Numbered from the stretch's first letter, positions 29,362 to 40,131 are shown. The stretch is DNA of 64,000 bases from Bacteroidaceae bacterium (GCA_045588345.1 JAZNDZ010000005.1:1138-65137); one strand, 5' to 3'. Numbers and translations: made by a program. The notes: generated by a model from the letters alone, not told the origin.

Positions 29362-30342
29362 TTATTTTGAGAGTTCCAGCATTCGCACTATCGGGCGTTT
29401 CGCATCTTCGCGCAAAGTCTCATCGAGTTCAACTGCCGGCCACTCATACTTTAATGTATTATAAAGTTTCTCAAGAGTGTTAAGGCGCATGAACGCGCAC
29501 TCGTTGCAGGCACAACTGCCCGTCATAGGCGGAACAGGAATAAAATTCTTCTCGGGACAACGTTTCTGCATTTCGTGCAGGATACCGCTCTCTGTCGCTA
29601 CAATAAAGTCCTTGGCATCGCTCTTTTGCGCAAATGAAAGGATTGCAGCTGTTGAGCCTATGAAATCGGCCAATGCAAGCACTCCGCTCTTGCATTCGGG
29701 GTGGGCAAGCACTTTTGCATCGGGATATGCACTTCTTAATTCAACTATCTTTTCAATGGAAAATTGCTCATGGACATGGCAACCACCGTTCCATAGCAGC
29801 ATGTTGCGGTGAGTGACAGCATTCAAATAACCGCCAAGGTTCTTGTCGGGAGCAAAGATAATCTTCTCGTCCTTTGGGAAACTGTCAACCACAGCACGCG
29901 CATTGGTCGATGTCACCACTATGTCGGTAAGTGCCTTTACGGCTGCCGAAGTATTCACGTATGCGACAACCTTGTAACCGGGATGCTCAGCCTTGAACTT
30001 TGCAAGTTCCTCGGCCGGACAACTCTCGGCAAGCGAACAACCTGCGTTCAGGTCGGGAATGAGTACTTTTTTTTCGGGAGAGAGAATCTTGTTTGTCTCG
30101 GCCATAAAGTGCACACCGCACATTACAATGATATCGGCTGTAGTCTTTTCGGCCAACTGTGCAAGGGCAAGGCTGTCGCCTACAAAGTCTGCTACATCCT
30201 GAACAGCACCATCGGTATAATAGTGCGCCAGCACAACAGCATTCTTTTCCTCGCACATGCGGCGTATTTCAGCCTTCAGGTCCACTCCCTCGGGAATTTT
30301 CTCATCGATAAATCCCTTTTCTATCCATTCTTGCTTTATCAT
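29362..30342 (-). CDS. nadA: Quinolinate synthase
   Basis: 326 aa. Motifs VLAHYY, MCGVHFMAET, VNTSA, LAHPEC and a C-terminal Cys cluster (CACNEC). Confidence 0.95.
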   Translation of the reverse strand: MIKQEWIEKGFIDEKIPEGVDLKAEIRRMCEEKNAVVLAHYYTDGAVQDVADFVGDSLALAQLAEKTTADIIVMCGVHFMAETNKILSPEKKVLIPDLNAGCSLAESCPAEELAKFKAEHPGYKVVAYVNTSAAVKALTDIVVTSTNARAVVDSFPKDEKIIFAPDKNLGGYLNAVTHRNMLLWNGGCHVHEQFSIEKIVELRSAYPDAKVLAHPECKSGVLALADFIGSTAAILSFAQKSDAKDFIVATESGILHEMQKRCPEKNFIPVPPMTGSCACNECAFMRLNTLEKLYNTLKYEWPAVELDETLREDAKRPIVRMLELSK

Positions 30343-30455
30343 GGTTGTTATGTTTTTTCTTGTAACTACGCGAAGATACTAAAAAATCCCGTACAGCGAA
30401 ACTTTATCGGCATTATAACCTTTTATAACAGTACAGGCAATTATAATTCTCAAAA

Positions 30456-31010
30456 TCAGAAACTCATTGACATGTATATACCACAACGTCCTTCCCCGGT
30501 AACCGTGGGCGAAAGCACAAGATTATGTTTCTTGGCAAACGGGGTTGTGAAGAGCAGACTGCTGCCGGCACCGATTGCCGCGCCGGCAAGGACATCCCAT
30601 GCATCGTGACGTTTGGAATACACCCTGCCCCATGCCACATAACCGCTTACCAGATATGCCGGTACACCCCATTTCCAGCCATAGCGTTTTTGCAGGAAAG
30701 TTGCTCCGGCAAATGAAAAGCCTGTGTGGTTCGAGGGGAACGAGTGGTCATCGCTCCCGTCCGGACGTTTCTTTTTTACTGTGTATTTCAGGGCATAACT
30801 CACTGCCACCTGGGCAGCAAGCGACTCGCCCAACTGCAACAAGCCTTTGTAATCACCCTCGGCAAGCGCAACAGTGGCACCCACTGCAGCGGGAGCAAAC
30901 ATGGCTATGTCGGTAGAAGTCTCAATAGCCTTGCGGCTCTGGGCATTAACGTGCACAACCGAAAACAGCAGTGTCACAACCAAGAATAGTGAACGTTTCA
31001 TCAACTGCAA
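30456..31010 (-). CDS. PAP2 family phosphatase (secreted or membrane-associated)
   Basis: 184 aa with a signal peptide. PAP2 motifs KKKRPDG, PSNH (a PSGH variant) and SKRHDAWDV. Confidence 0.8.
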   Translation of the reverse strand: MQLMKRSLFLVVTLLFSVVHVNAQSRKAIETSTDIAMFAPAAVGATVALAEGDYKGLLQLGESLAAQVAVSYALKYTVKKKRPDGSDDHSFPSNHTGFSFAGATFLQKRYGWKWGVPAYLVSGYVAWGRVYSKRHDAWDVLAGAAIGAGSSLLFTTPFAKKHNLVLSPTVTGEGRCGIYMSMSF

Positions 31011-31128
31011 TCTTTAAACAATGCAAAGATACATACATTAATTTTGATTTTTTTATTAAAAAGATATAAAGAAAGCAAGATTTCCGCAGTTTATCTTTAT
31101 CTTCGCAAGTAACAAACATTTGATTCCG

Positions 31129-31791
31129 ATGGAGTTCATCAATACAATTTTCAACTGGTTCAGCAACATCACCCTGTTGCAGATAATTGATTTCATAGGT
31201 ACATTTGCTTTTGCCATAAGCGGTATACGTCTGGCATCGGCAAAGCAGTTCGACTGGTTCGGAGCATACGTGGTCGGTGCTGCCACAGCCATTGGAGGCG
31301 GAACGTTGCGCGATGTAATGCTTGACGTGCCTGTATTCTGGATGCACGACGGGGTTTATCTCTCTTGTACAGGCATGGCATTGCTATGGGTAATCCTGTT
31401 CAGGAAATACCTTGTACACATGCATAATACATTCTTCATCTTTGATGCTGTGGGACTGGCCTTGTTCACCATTGTAGGTATACAGAAAACACTCGACTGC
31501 GACCTGCCCATTTGGGTAGCCATTGTCATGGGTACAATGACCGGTGCAGCCGGTGGTGTAATACGCGATGTGCTCATAAACGAGGAACCGCTTATCTTCC
31601 GTAAAGAGATATATGCCATGGCATGCGTTGTCGGAGGAATTGTGTACGGCATAAGCGATTGGTTAGGAGCACCGGTCGAGATTACCATGCTGCTTTGCGG
31701 AACTGCAGTATTCCTTACACGTGTATTGGCTGTGAAATACAGCATTTGCCTGCCGACACTCAAGTCCGAGGATGAACCGGAAAAGCAATGA
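31129..31791 (+). CDS. Trimeric intracellular cation channel-like (UPF0126/YadS) membrane protein
   Basis: The glycine motif is duplicated (GGGTLRDV and AGGVIRDV) in a 7-TM-like protein. The track ORF begins at a TTG at 31120; the ATG at 31129 is preferred. Confidence 0.8.
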   Translation: MEFINTIFNWFSNITLLQIIDFIGTFAFAISGIRLASAKQFDWFGAYVVGAATAIGGGTLRDVMLDVPVFWMHDGVYLSCTGMALLWVILFRKYLVHMHNTFFIFDAVGLALFTIVGIQKTLDCDLPIWVAIVMGTMTGAAGGVIRDVLINEEPLIFRKEIYAMACVVGGIVYGISDWLGAPVEITMLLCGTAVFLTRVLAVKYSICLPTLKSEDEPEKQ

Positions 31792-31828
31792 AAAGAAAGA
31801 ATAATAAAAACCTTATAATTGCACAACC

Positions 31829-34800
31829 ATGAAAAAAATTACACTCACCATTCTGGCGATTATCATGTGCCTTCCTATGGCAATGCGCGCCGACAGCGAC
31901 ATCAACCTTACTCCCTTGCCAATGAAGATGAGCAAGGGAAGCGGCAGACTTGTATTGCCGGAAAGTTTCACAATCGCTACAGGAGAACTCAATGAAGTGA
32001 ATGCAGCCGAAGCCGTGAAGTTCGCCGCACTGTTAAGCAAAGTCACAGGCTACAGCATTGAAGTAAAGAAAGATGCCGAAGATGCATTCGTTACAATGTC
32101 AATGTACACGGGCAGCGAAGAACTCGGGAGCGAGGGCTATACACTTGACATCAGTGCCGGCGGCATTGCCATTGCCGCCAATGAAGCCAACGGTTTCTAC
32201 TATGCCTTCCAAAGTATAAAGAAGATGCTCCCTGCCAATGTAATGGCAGAAGTAAAGGACGATAAAGTAACCGAGTACTCACTGCCGGTAGTGAACATTA
32301 CAGATGCTCCGCGTTTTGAGTACCGCGGATTCATGCTCGATGTTAGCCGCCACTATTTCAGCATTGAACAAATCAAACGCATGATTGACGTAATGTCATA
32401 CTACAAGATGAACCGCTTTCATTGGCATCTGACCGATGATCAGGGCTGGCGTTTCGAAGTAAAGAAATATCCTTTGCTTACAACAGTAGGCGCAACACGC
32501 AACGATAACTGGGTCACCGACCGCATATATGGCGGATACTACACAGGCGAGCCCTATGGCCCTTATTACTACACACAGGAACAGTGCCGCGAGATTGTGG
32601 CATACGCAGCAGAGCGTCACATCGAGGTTGTGCCCGAGGTTGAGTTCCCCGGCCATTCATGCGCTGTGAACGCAGCATACCCCGAACTGAGTTGTAACCC
32701 TAACGGAGCGCACAACGTCCAGGTAAACGGCGGCGTGTTCGACGACGTACTTAATGTGGCAAGCCCATTGGTGTTGCAGTTCGCAAAGGATGTTTTAGAT
32801 GAGATAATCGATGTATTCCCCTACAGCCAGATTCACATCGGCGGCGACGAAACACCAACAAGCGCCTGGCAGAATAATGCCGAATGCCAGGCAATGATGC
32901 AGGAACTTGGACTTACCAATGTACGCCAGTTGCAGTCACACTTCGTGCGCAAGTTATCGGATTATGTTACATCAAAGGAAGGCGACAAGAAACGCACCGT
33001 AATCATGTGGAACGAGAGCCTGACAGCCGGCGGCACCGATGAGGAACTAATCAAGGGTACAGGCGGCACAATGATGTGCTGGGAGATAGGCAACGCACAG
33101 CCATGCGCCCTAAAGGCCGCACAGTACGGTATGAAATCAATTATCACCACACAGGTTCCCTACTACATCAACCGCCGTCAGAGCACCGATGCCGATGAGC
33201 CCAAGGTCGCAGGCTACGGAACAGACAATGTAAAGGCGGTGTATGACTACGTGCCGATTCCGGCAAGCGTTCCAACGGAACTGCACAAATACTACATTGG
33301 CGTACAGGGAACATTCTGGACTGAGCATGTGCAGGAACACGACCTGCTCGAATACCTTGCCCTGCCACGTCTCACAGCCATTGCAGAAACCGGTTGGACA
33401 CCGGCAGCAAAGAAGAATTTCACCGATTTCCAGCAGCGTATAACAAAAGATACCCTCTTGCTCAACTACAATAACTACGACTACGGCCGTCACTATATAC
33501 TTGACGGCAACAGCAGCACAAGCGGCAAGGTGATGCCGGCAGCATCTACCGACGAAGAGCAGACCTGGTACCGCATTGTAACAACAGCCACTGACACCCG
33601 TGCCGGCCGTTGCATACAGTTGCTACGCCAAGGAATGAACATTGCCGACAAGACCGGCACCGCACCAGCCGGCCGCCTGTGGAACAGCGAAATAATAGAA
33701 GACAAGAACAACGAGGGATACAACTATCAGCAATGGGCATTCATGCAAGACCCCAATAACCCCGAACGCTGGGCAATAGTAAACAAGGCAAAGCCGAACG
33801 GCTCGGTAAAAGGCACACCTACAGCCGAGAACAATACAGGCCGTTGGGACTATGACGAGAACAACCGCCACTACGACTTTATCCTTGGCGACAAGGCATA
33901 CGCACAGAACGGCAACAACTACAACTACAGCATACGCAGCCAAAAGGTATCGAACAGCAATATGTGCCTCAATTATGCAGGCCCGGGACAGAACTACTCT
34001 ATCAACCTGTGGAGCGACCCGACAGACGGGAACGGTGGTATTTGGGAGTTCCGTCCGGTGGCAGCACAAGGCAGCATTGCAATCAATTACCCTGTAGCAG
34101 GAACATGCTACCGCATTATCAACAACACCGAACGTTTCCGGGGATTTAGCCTATATGACAATGGCAATGCGACCGTGACTGCCGCACAACAGAAGTACGG
34201 TGCCGATGTTTGGGAAATAACCGATGCTGCAATAACCGATGCAGGACAGACATTCAAATTGCGCAACGTGGCAACAGGCCGCTACATAAGCAGTGCCAAT
34301 GCTCCTGTAGCACTGGGCAACAACGGCGTGACACTCACCAATACATACAATACCATAAGCGGCGACTTCAGCATCACGGCCGGTGAAGGTGCACTCTACC
34401 CCATCCCCGAACGTGCAGCAACCAACCCGGGCACTTTAGGCAAGGGTGGCATATACCCGCAAGGTACAGGCTGGGTCTACGAAAGAGCCTTGCTTGCAAC
34501 ATACGAATGCTACGACAGTGACAACAACCTGCTGCAGAAATTCCACCAATCGGTATCGGAAGGCAAAGAATTTACGGCCGAAATTCCGCAAATAGCCAAT
34601 TACGAGGCGACATCGCACACGGTTGAAAGCGACGGAAACAACAAAATCATCAAAGTAAAATATAACCTTGTATCATACAGCATAACCTACAACTGCTACA
34701 CAATGGACGGCAACCTCATTGCAACCATCGATGTACCTTGCAGCATAGGCGACAGTTACTCTGTAGAGTACCCAGATATAGAGTTCTTTACATGCATTGG

Positions 34801-35641
34801 CAGTGACATCAAGGAACGTACAATAATAATCCCCACTGAAGACACAGTTATTGATGTCTACTACGGTTGCGAGGGCATAATGGGCGTTGCAGCCGTAGGG
34901 GAGGCGGTTACAGAACTTGAGGACGGTGCATCGTACCTTATATATAATGCCAAAGACGAGACCACACGTAGCGGTTTCCTCAGTGTGAGCAAGATTGGCG
35001 ACGGAATAACCACCACCAACGGAATAAGAGAAGCAACTCCCGCATTTGTGTGGAACTTCGATGGCGACAACGACCGCTTCACTGTAATGAACAACTATGG
35101 CATCAGCATTCCGCAGTTGCTGCGCGGTTCGCTTGTCACAGGCAGCGACACCCCAGAAACCTTCATTTTCAGTTTTGATGAAAGCACCGCCACATGGAGC
35201 GTCAAAGGCACAAGCAACAACTATTACTGGAACGGCAACGCCAACAACACCTTCACTGGCTGGGACGGCGGACACCCTTTCATCATCTACCGCTACAAGC
35301 CACAGCCCTACTTCACCGTGTCATACAAGTGTGTCGATGAAGACGGCAACCTGTTGAGCGAGGGCGAGCGCTATGTAAAGGGAGGTGACCGGTTCGCCAT
35401 GCTCACCCCGATATTCGAGGGTTATAGTTTCAAGGAAAGTGATGCAGAATATGAAGAACTTGCATACGTTGCAAAGAACATTGCATTTACCCTCACCTAT
35501 ACAAACGGCGAAACAGGAATAACCGATGTAAAAACTGAAAACAAAAAATCAAAAGGAATCTATGACCTTACCGGAAGAAAAGTAGAAGCCCCCACCAAGG
35601 GCATATACATAATAGACGGCAAAAAGGTATTGATAGAATAG
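31829..35641 (+). CDS. Large beta-N-acetylhexosaminidase (GH20) with lectin-like C-terminal extension and T9SS sorting domain
   Basis: 1270 aa with a signal peptide. Motifs RGFMLDVSRHY, HWHLTDDQGWR and HIGGDE. A QQW-containing ricin-like stretch is present. The tail IYDLTGRKVEAPTKGIYIIDGKKVLIE is T9SS CTD-like. Confidence 0.85.
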   Translation: MKKITLTILAIIMCLPMAMRADSDINLTPLPMKMSKGSGRLVLPESFTIATGELNEVNAAEAVKFAALLSKVTGYSIEVKKDAEDAFVTMSMYTGSEELGSEGYTLDISAGGIAIAANEANGFYYAFQSIKKMLPANVMAEVKDDKVTEYSLPVVNITDAPRFEYRGFMLDVSRHYFSIEQIKRMIDVMSYYKMNRFHWHLTDDQGWRFEVKKYPLLTTVGATRNDNWVTDRIYGGYYTGEPYGPYYYTQEQCREIVAYAAERHIEVVPEVEFPGHSCAVNAAYPELSCNPNGAHNVQVNGGVFDDVLNVASPLVLQFAKDVLDEIIDVFPYSQIHIGGDETPTSAWQNNAECQAMMQELGLTNVRQLQSHFVRKLSDYVTSKEGDKKRTVIMWNESLTAGGTDEELIKGTGGTMMCWEIGNAQPCALKAAQYGMKSIITTQVPYYINRRQSTDADEPKVAGYGTDNVKAVYDYVPIPASVPTELHKYYIGVQGTFWTEHVQEHDLLEYLALPRLTAIAETGWTPAAKKNFTDFQQRITKDTLLLNYNNYDYGRHYILDGNSSTSGKVMPAASTDEEQTWYRIVTTATDTRAGRCIQLLRQGMNIADKTGTAPAGRLWNSEIIEDKNNEGYNYQQWAFMQDPNNPERWAIVNKAKPNGSVKGTPTAENNTGRWDYDENNRHYDFILGDKAYAQNGNNYNYSIRSQKVSNSNMCLNYAGPGQNYSINLWSDPTDGNGGIWEFRPVAAQGSIAINYPVAGTCYRIINNTERFRGFSLYDNGNATVTAAQQKYGADVWEITDAAITDAGQTFKLRNVATGRYISSANAPVALGNNGVTLTNTYNTISGDFSITAGEGALYPIPERAATNPGTLGKGGIYPQGTGWVYERALLATYECYDSDNNLLQKFHQSVSEGKEFTAEIPQIANYEATSHTVESDGNNKIIKVKYNLVSYSITYNCYTMDGNLIATIDVPCSIGDSYSVEYPDIEFFTCIGSDIKERTIIIPTEDTVIDVYYGCEGIMGVAAVGEAVTELEDGASYLIYNAKDETTRSGFLSVSKIGDGITTTNGIREATPAFVWNFDGDNDRFTVMNNYGISIPQLLRGSLVTGSDTPETFIFSFDESTATWSVKGTSNNYYWNGNANNTFTGWDGGHPFIIYRYKPQPYFTVSYKCVDEDGNLLSEGERYVKGGDRFAMLTPIFEGYSFKESDAEYEELAYVAKNIAFTLTYTNGETGITDVKTENKKSKGIYDLTGRKVEAPTKGIYIIDGKKVLIE

Positions 35642-35734
35642 ACAAACCAAACTCCTGATAACAGGATTGTTATGTTCATAAAGATGTATATACAAAAAAG
35701 GTTAAAAAAAGTTGTATGATACAAAAACATGATA

Positions 35735-35742
35735 TACATTTG
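35735..35742 (+). promoter_or_regulatory. -7 promoter box (TAnnTTTG)
   Basis: TACATTTG lies 38 nt upstream of the ATG at 35780. Confidence 0.4.
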
Positions 35743-35779
35743 TTAAAATTTAAGACATAACCATTTAAACACTATTGAT

Positions 35780-37108
35780 ATGAAAAAGTTCTATTGGATT
35801 TTCCTATCGTTGTTTTTTGCAACAACTCTAACATTTGTATCTTGCGGTTCCGATGATGAAGAAGGTCCTGAATCCCCGGAAACTCCGGAGACACCTTCAA
35901 ATCCCAATGTTCCTGGCGGCGAGAAACAGGAAATGGGCATATACGAGCAAAAGGAGTTCATTGAAAGTACCGGAATTGAATTTACAAACAGCATCAAGTC
36001 CGATGATTTCTATGATATTGTCAGACTCGCCGAATATGCGTCAGAAGAGTATGCCGATTATGATACCGAAAATGTAGATGAATGGTTCGGAGACTGTCTT
36101 AAGGATATGACCGAATATCTTGGCAAGGACAAAGAAGAATATTCATACTACATACACCAATATACGAACTATTCCAGATTATATATCCTGTCAAACTTCA
36201 AAGGAAGTTTCAAGGCTACAAACGGTGCATGGGTCAAGAGCAACGCCGATAATCTGAGTTTTACATTTGACGACCAAGAAGGTAATGAGTGTACAATCAA
36301 ACTCACAGCATCAAGCAACGGCAAAAAGGTTTACATTGGCAAATCTGATGATTATACATCTTGGGATTATGATTCTTCATTGGATAAATACATTGAATAC
36401 ATTGATGTATACCAGAATTATATCATCATCCCCGAGAATATTGTGCTTACAGTGACAAAAGACGGCGGAAAGTTGGCCGAAATAAAGCTCACCACAACAA
36501 TGGATATGGACTCTGAATATTTCAACATAAAAGAGGACAATTACTCTGCCACTTTTACATGCAGCATAAATGATTATACGATAAGCATTGACAAGGCATC
36601 ATACAAGGCACAGAAAAATGCAGCCGTTTCAATGCAGATAAAGAAAGGGAAAAAGATACTTGCAAGTACAAGCATATCGGCCGACGGCTACATCAAAGAT
36701 GAAGAAGTCGGTGACATAAAGAACGCCAAGATATCTTTTGAGATTATGGAAAAAGTTGCAGTAAAAGGTTATTGCAACGACATACTTCGCCTTGCCGACA
36801 AGATTGAAAAGGCAGAGGAGAACGAAGATGACGAAAAAGCATTCAAGTCATACGTAACTGACATAAACGAACTTCTGGACCTTGGAGTGTATTACAACAA
36901 ATCGGACAAGAAACAGGCATACGTGCAGATTGAAGCTGTCTATGAGGACGATTGGGGATATGAGTATTGGGATTTCCTTCCCGTAATATGCTTTGATGAC
37001 GGTACAAAGTACAACACGTTTGATGCATTCTTTGACAAAGACGACTTTAAAGACCTTATAAACAGTTTCAACAAATTAGTAGATGATTTTGAATGGTTAC
37101 TACGCTGA
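35780..37108 (+). CDS. Hypothetical lipoprotein
   Basis: 442 aa. Signal peptide with lipobox (LTFVSC-GSDDEE), then acidic and Tyr-rich sequence. No recognisable family. Confidence 0.5.
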   Translation: MKKFYWIFLSLFFATTLTFVSCGSDDEEGPESPETPETPSNPNVPGGEKQEMGIYEQKEFIESTGIEFTNSIKSDDFYDIVRLAEYASEEYADYDTENVDEWFGDCLKDMTEYLGKDKEEYSYYIHQYTNYSRLYILSNFKGSFKATNGAWVKSNADNLSFTFDDQEGNECTIKLTASSNGKKVYIGKSDDYTSWDYDSSLDKYIEYIDVYQNYIIIPENIVLTVTKDGGKLAEIKLTTTMDMDSEYFNIKEDNYSATFTCSINDYTISIDKASYKAQKNAAVSMQIKKGKKILASTSISADGYIKDEEVGDIKNAKISFEIMEKVAVKGYCNDILRLADKIEKAEENEDDEKAFKSYVTDINELLDLGVYYNKSDKKQAYVQIEAVYEDDWGYEYWDFLPVICFDDGTKYNTFDAFFDKDDFKDLINSFNKLVDDFEWLLR

Positions 37109-37171
37109 TTGCACAATATTAATCATTGCATATAATAGATTTGAGACACTCATCCATTGTATGTCTCGATT

Positions 37172-39190
37172 ATGAAATTTATACAGAATATTGTTCTCGC
37201 ACTCTGTCTGTGCAGTTGTCTTGAAACAACTGCACAGACAGACTCATTATATAATTTACTTGATGGCGTAACTGTTACCGAAAAGAGGATAAACCTTGAA
37301 ATAAAAGGAAACAGCGCACAGAAATTGAGTTGGGAGATGAGCATGATGCATGAATTACCCAAGATATTGGGTAATGCCGACCCTATGCACTACACTCAAC
37401 TTTTACCTGGAATACAGACATGCTCGGAGTATGACGCCGGACTTCATGTACAGGGATGCGACAATGCCCACAATTTCATTGCGATAGACGGTGTTCCAAT
37501 ATACAATGCCGGACACATGTTAGGCCTCTTTTCCGTATTCAACGCCTCACATTTCCCAAGAATGGAGATATCAAAGAATGCACTCAAGGGTTCATCGCAA
37601 AGCAGGCTTGGAGGAAGCGTTGACATGCTGTTATATGATGACGTTCCAGAGAAAAGAACCGGAGTGTTCATCTTAGGCCCGATGTCATCGCAAGGTACAC
37701 TGCGCCTGCCGACCGGAAAAAACAGCAGCCTTACAGTTTCGGCACGCGCTGCTTATCTTAATTTGCTGTATGCTCCATTCCTGAAGTTTGACGACAGCCA
37801 AATGAAGTACAGTTTCCAAGACTACAACGTTACATATTTCTGCAGAATAAAAGAACGTACATCGTTGTGGCTAAACTTATACTGCGGCAATGACAATGTT
37901 TTTATAGAAGACCGTGCTAACAGAGACGGTATAAAAATGAATTGGGGGAATCTGCTGGCATCAGCCACCTTGAAGAACGATTTTAGTAATAATTCATATA
38001 TTAAACAGACGCTCTACTACACCGGTTACAAAAACCGGCTGAAATGGAATACTGTAGGGAATGAAATAAAAATCCCATCAAAGATACAAACTTTTGGCTA
38101 CAACCTAAAGTTGAAACTTGGCCCGTTCAATACAGGAATTGAAGCAGGGTTGCACAACATACATCCGCAAAGGGTGGCAAGGAGCGTGGGAACAAAAGTC
38201 TGCAACGAGGGGGAAAACGGATTATGGGTAAACGAATATGTACTGTTTATCGATTATACACTCCCTATCGGCAACTGGTTATTTTCTGCGGGGTTAAGAG
38301 GAACATATTATAGGGGAGATAATTTTAAAAACTATACAGCATTAGACCCTACCATTACAGCCGAGTACCAATTCTCAAACAGCAGCCGCATGGCTGTAAG
38401 TTACGGTTGGAGACACCAGTATCTTCACAAAGCAGGTTTCTCCAATATGGGATTACCGACAGAGTTCTGGCTTCACAGCAACAGTGAGCGTAAGCCGCAA
38501 TATGCGCAATTCGTGAGTACGTTCTACGAGACACCCATTTTTAGCAAGAACTACAATCTCACCATTGAACTTTACTACAAGCGGCTCAGCAACCAGATTG
38601 AGTACAAAGGGAACATTCTGGATATGCTGCATGAGGAATACAGGCTTTCCAACCAACTTCTCAAGGGCAACGGAGAAAATTATGGGCTAAACATAATGTT
38701 GAAGAAACTCAGCGGAAAGTTCACGGGCTGGGTAAGCTACTCGTTAGGACGTGCGATACGCACTTTCAATTATCCTGAATTCAAAGGCAGTTACCCGGCC
38801 TCACACGAACGCATACATGAATTAAACATTGTCGCGACCTTCAAACTAAACGACAAATGGAGTTTCAGCGGAACATTTGTAGCAGCATCAGGTACTCCAT
38901 TTACGGCTCCTAAATACTTTTATGTAATAGGGAACCAACTGGTTTCAGAATTCGGGGAGCATAATGGCAATAGGCTAAGACCATACGTGAGATGCGATTT
39001 GTCAGTCAATTACTATATTGTAAAAAACAGGCAAAAGGAAAGCGGCATCAACCTGTCTGTATACAATGTAACTGCAAGAAGTAATAACATATTCTACCGT
39101 TTGAAGATTTACGAAGATGAATTCGCATACAGACCAGTCAATTTCCTTTTGAGAGTAATGCCTTCAATAAGTTATTTCTATAAATTCTAA
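37172..39190 (+). CDS. TonB-dependent receptor-like outer-membrane beta-barrel
   Basis: Signal peptide. Plug-like region (LPKILGNADPMHYTQLLPGIQ, IAIDGVPIYN) and an alternating beta-strand pattern ending in an aromatic residue (SYFYKF). The ATG at 37172 is preferred over the TTG at 37157. Confidence 0.75.
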   Translation: MKFIQNIVLALCLCSCLETTAQTDSLYNLLDGVTVTEKRINLEIKGNSAQKLSWEMSMMHELPKILGNADPMHYTQLLPGIQTCSEYDAGLHVQGCDNAHNFIAIDGVPIYNAGHMLGLFSVFNASHFPRMEISKNALKGSSQSRLGGSVDMLLYDDVPEKRTGVFILGPMSSQGTLRLPTGKNSSLTVSARAAYLNLLYAPFLKFDDSQMKYSFQDYNVTYFCRIKERTSLWLNLYCGNDNVFIEDRANRDGIKMNWGNLLASATLKNDFSNNSYIKQTLYYTGYKNRLKWNTVGNEIKIPSKIQTFGYNLKLKLGPFNTGIEAGLHNIHPQRVARSVGTKVCNEGENGLWVNEYVLFIDYTLPIGNWLFSAGLRGTYYRGDNFKNYTALDPTITAEYQFSNSSRMAVSYGWRHQYLHKAGFSNMGLPTEFWLHSNSERKPQYAQFVSTFYETPIFSKNYNLTIELYYKRLSNQIEYKGNILDMLHEEYRLSNQLLKGNGENYGLNIMLKKLSGKFTGWVSYSLGRAIRTFNYPEFKGSYPASHERIHELNIVATFKLNDKWSFSGTFVAASGTPFTAPKYFYVIGNQLVSEFGEHNGNRLRPYVRCDLSVNYYIVKNRQKESGINLSVYNVTARSNNIFYRLKIYEDEFAYRPVNFLLRVMPSISYFYKF

Positions 39191-39197
39191 TCCACAA

Positions 39198-40040
39198 ATG
39201 AAATATCTGCTGACATTCATATTCATTTTCGGCATTGTTTCCTGCACAGAAAATGATGAAATAAACATTGAAGAACCAATGTTAGTCGTTGAAGGCTCTA
39301 TCGAGACCGGAGAGTTCCCAATTGTCTACCTCTCAACAACCGTTCCTATAAAAAAAGGTTACCAATCGACATCCAATGTAAACGACTACATCATCAAATG
39401 GGCAAAGGTCACAATTAACGACGGTGAAAACGAGGTTATACTCACAGGGAGATACGACAGCGACAAGTTCCCACCTTACAGTTACAGCACAACTGAAATG
39501 CATGGAGAAACCGGGCACACATATACGCTCACTGTCGAATATGAGAATTACCGTGCCAGCGCTGTTACAGCCATTCCTGCTGCAATAGTGATTGACTCAT
39601 TCAAAATAAAAGAATCGGGTAAGGGAGAAGGGTCAAGGCACATAACGGCATATTTCAAGAACAGCGACAGCAATAAAGAGAATTTCCAGTTTTTCACCTA
39701 CTCTACAAGCGACAGATACAGAAGTTACTCCGCATCACACATGGGCTATGTGAGTAGCGTTACAAACGATAGCACAGTCAAAAGTGATGTATGCCGCGGA
39801 AGGACTATCTACAACTGGGAGACATTCAAATCCGGATTCAATCCTGGCGACAGTGTCATGGTCAAGATTTGCCGGCTTGACTCAATTAGTTCTGAATACT
39901 GGAAAAGATTCGAAGAGATGTCTATACTGTCACGCAACCCTCTATTCCCTGCGACAAAAAGCCTTGTATCAAATGTAAACGGTGCATTAGGGCACTGGTT
40001 TGGATACGGTTCTGCGGAGTACCTGCTGGTTATGCCCTAA
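39198..40040 (+). CDS. DUF4249-like lipoprotein
   Basis: 280 aa with a lipobox (GIVSC-TEND). It starts 7 nt after the TonB-dependent receptor, the usual receptor-DUF4249 pairing in Bacteroidota. Confidence 0.6.
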   Translation: MKYLLTFIFIFGIVSCTENDEINIEEPMLVVEGSIETGEFPIVYLSTTVPIKKGYQSTSNVNDYIIKWAKVTINDGENEVILTGRYDSDKFPPYSYSTTEMHGETGHTYTLTVEYENYRASAVTAIPAAIVIDSFKIKESGKGEGSRHITAYFKNSDSNKENFQFFTYSTSDRYRSYSASHMGYVSSVTNDSTVKSDVCRGRTIYNWETFKSGFNPGDSVMVKICRLDSISSEYWKRFEEMSILSRNPLFPATKSLVSNVNGALGHWFGYGSAEYLLVMP

Positions 40041-40096
40041 TAAGCCAGATAACCGAAAAAATGATATCCGGAACAAAGGATTTAATGAATATTCGC

Positions 40097-40104
40097 TATC
40101 TTTG
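40097..40104 (+). promoter_or_regulatory. -7 promoter box (TAnnTTTG)
   Basis: TATCTTTG lies 28 nt upstream of the ATG at 40132. Confidence 0.4.
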
Positions 40105-40131
40105 CTAAAGAATAAAACACAGGAATATAAA

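Noticed and set aside
29809-30609. 266-codon plus-strand ORF
   Set aside because: It is antisense to nadA and to the PAP2 gene, and both of those have clear family motifs.
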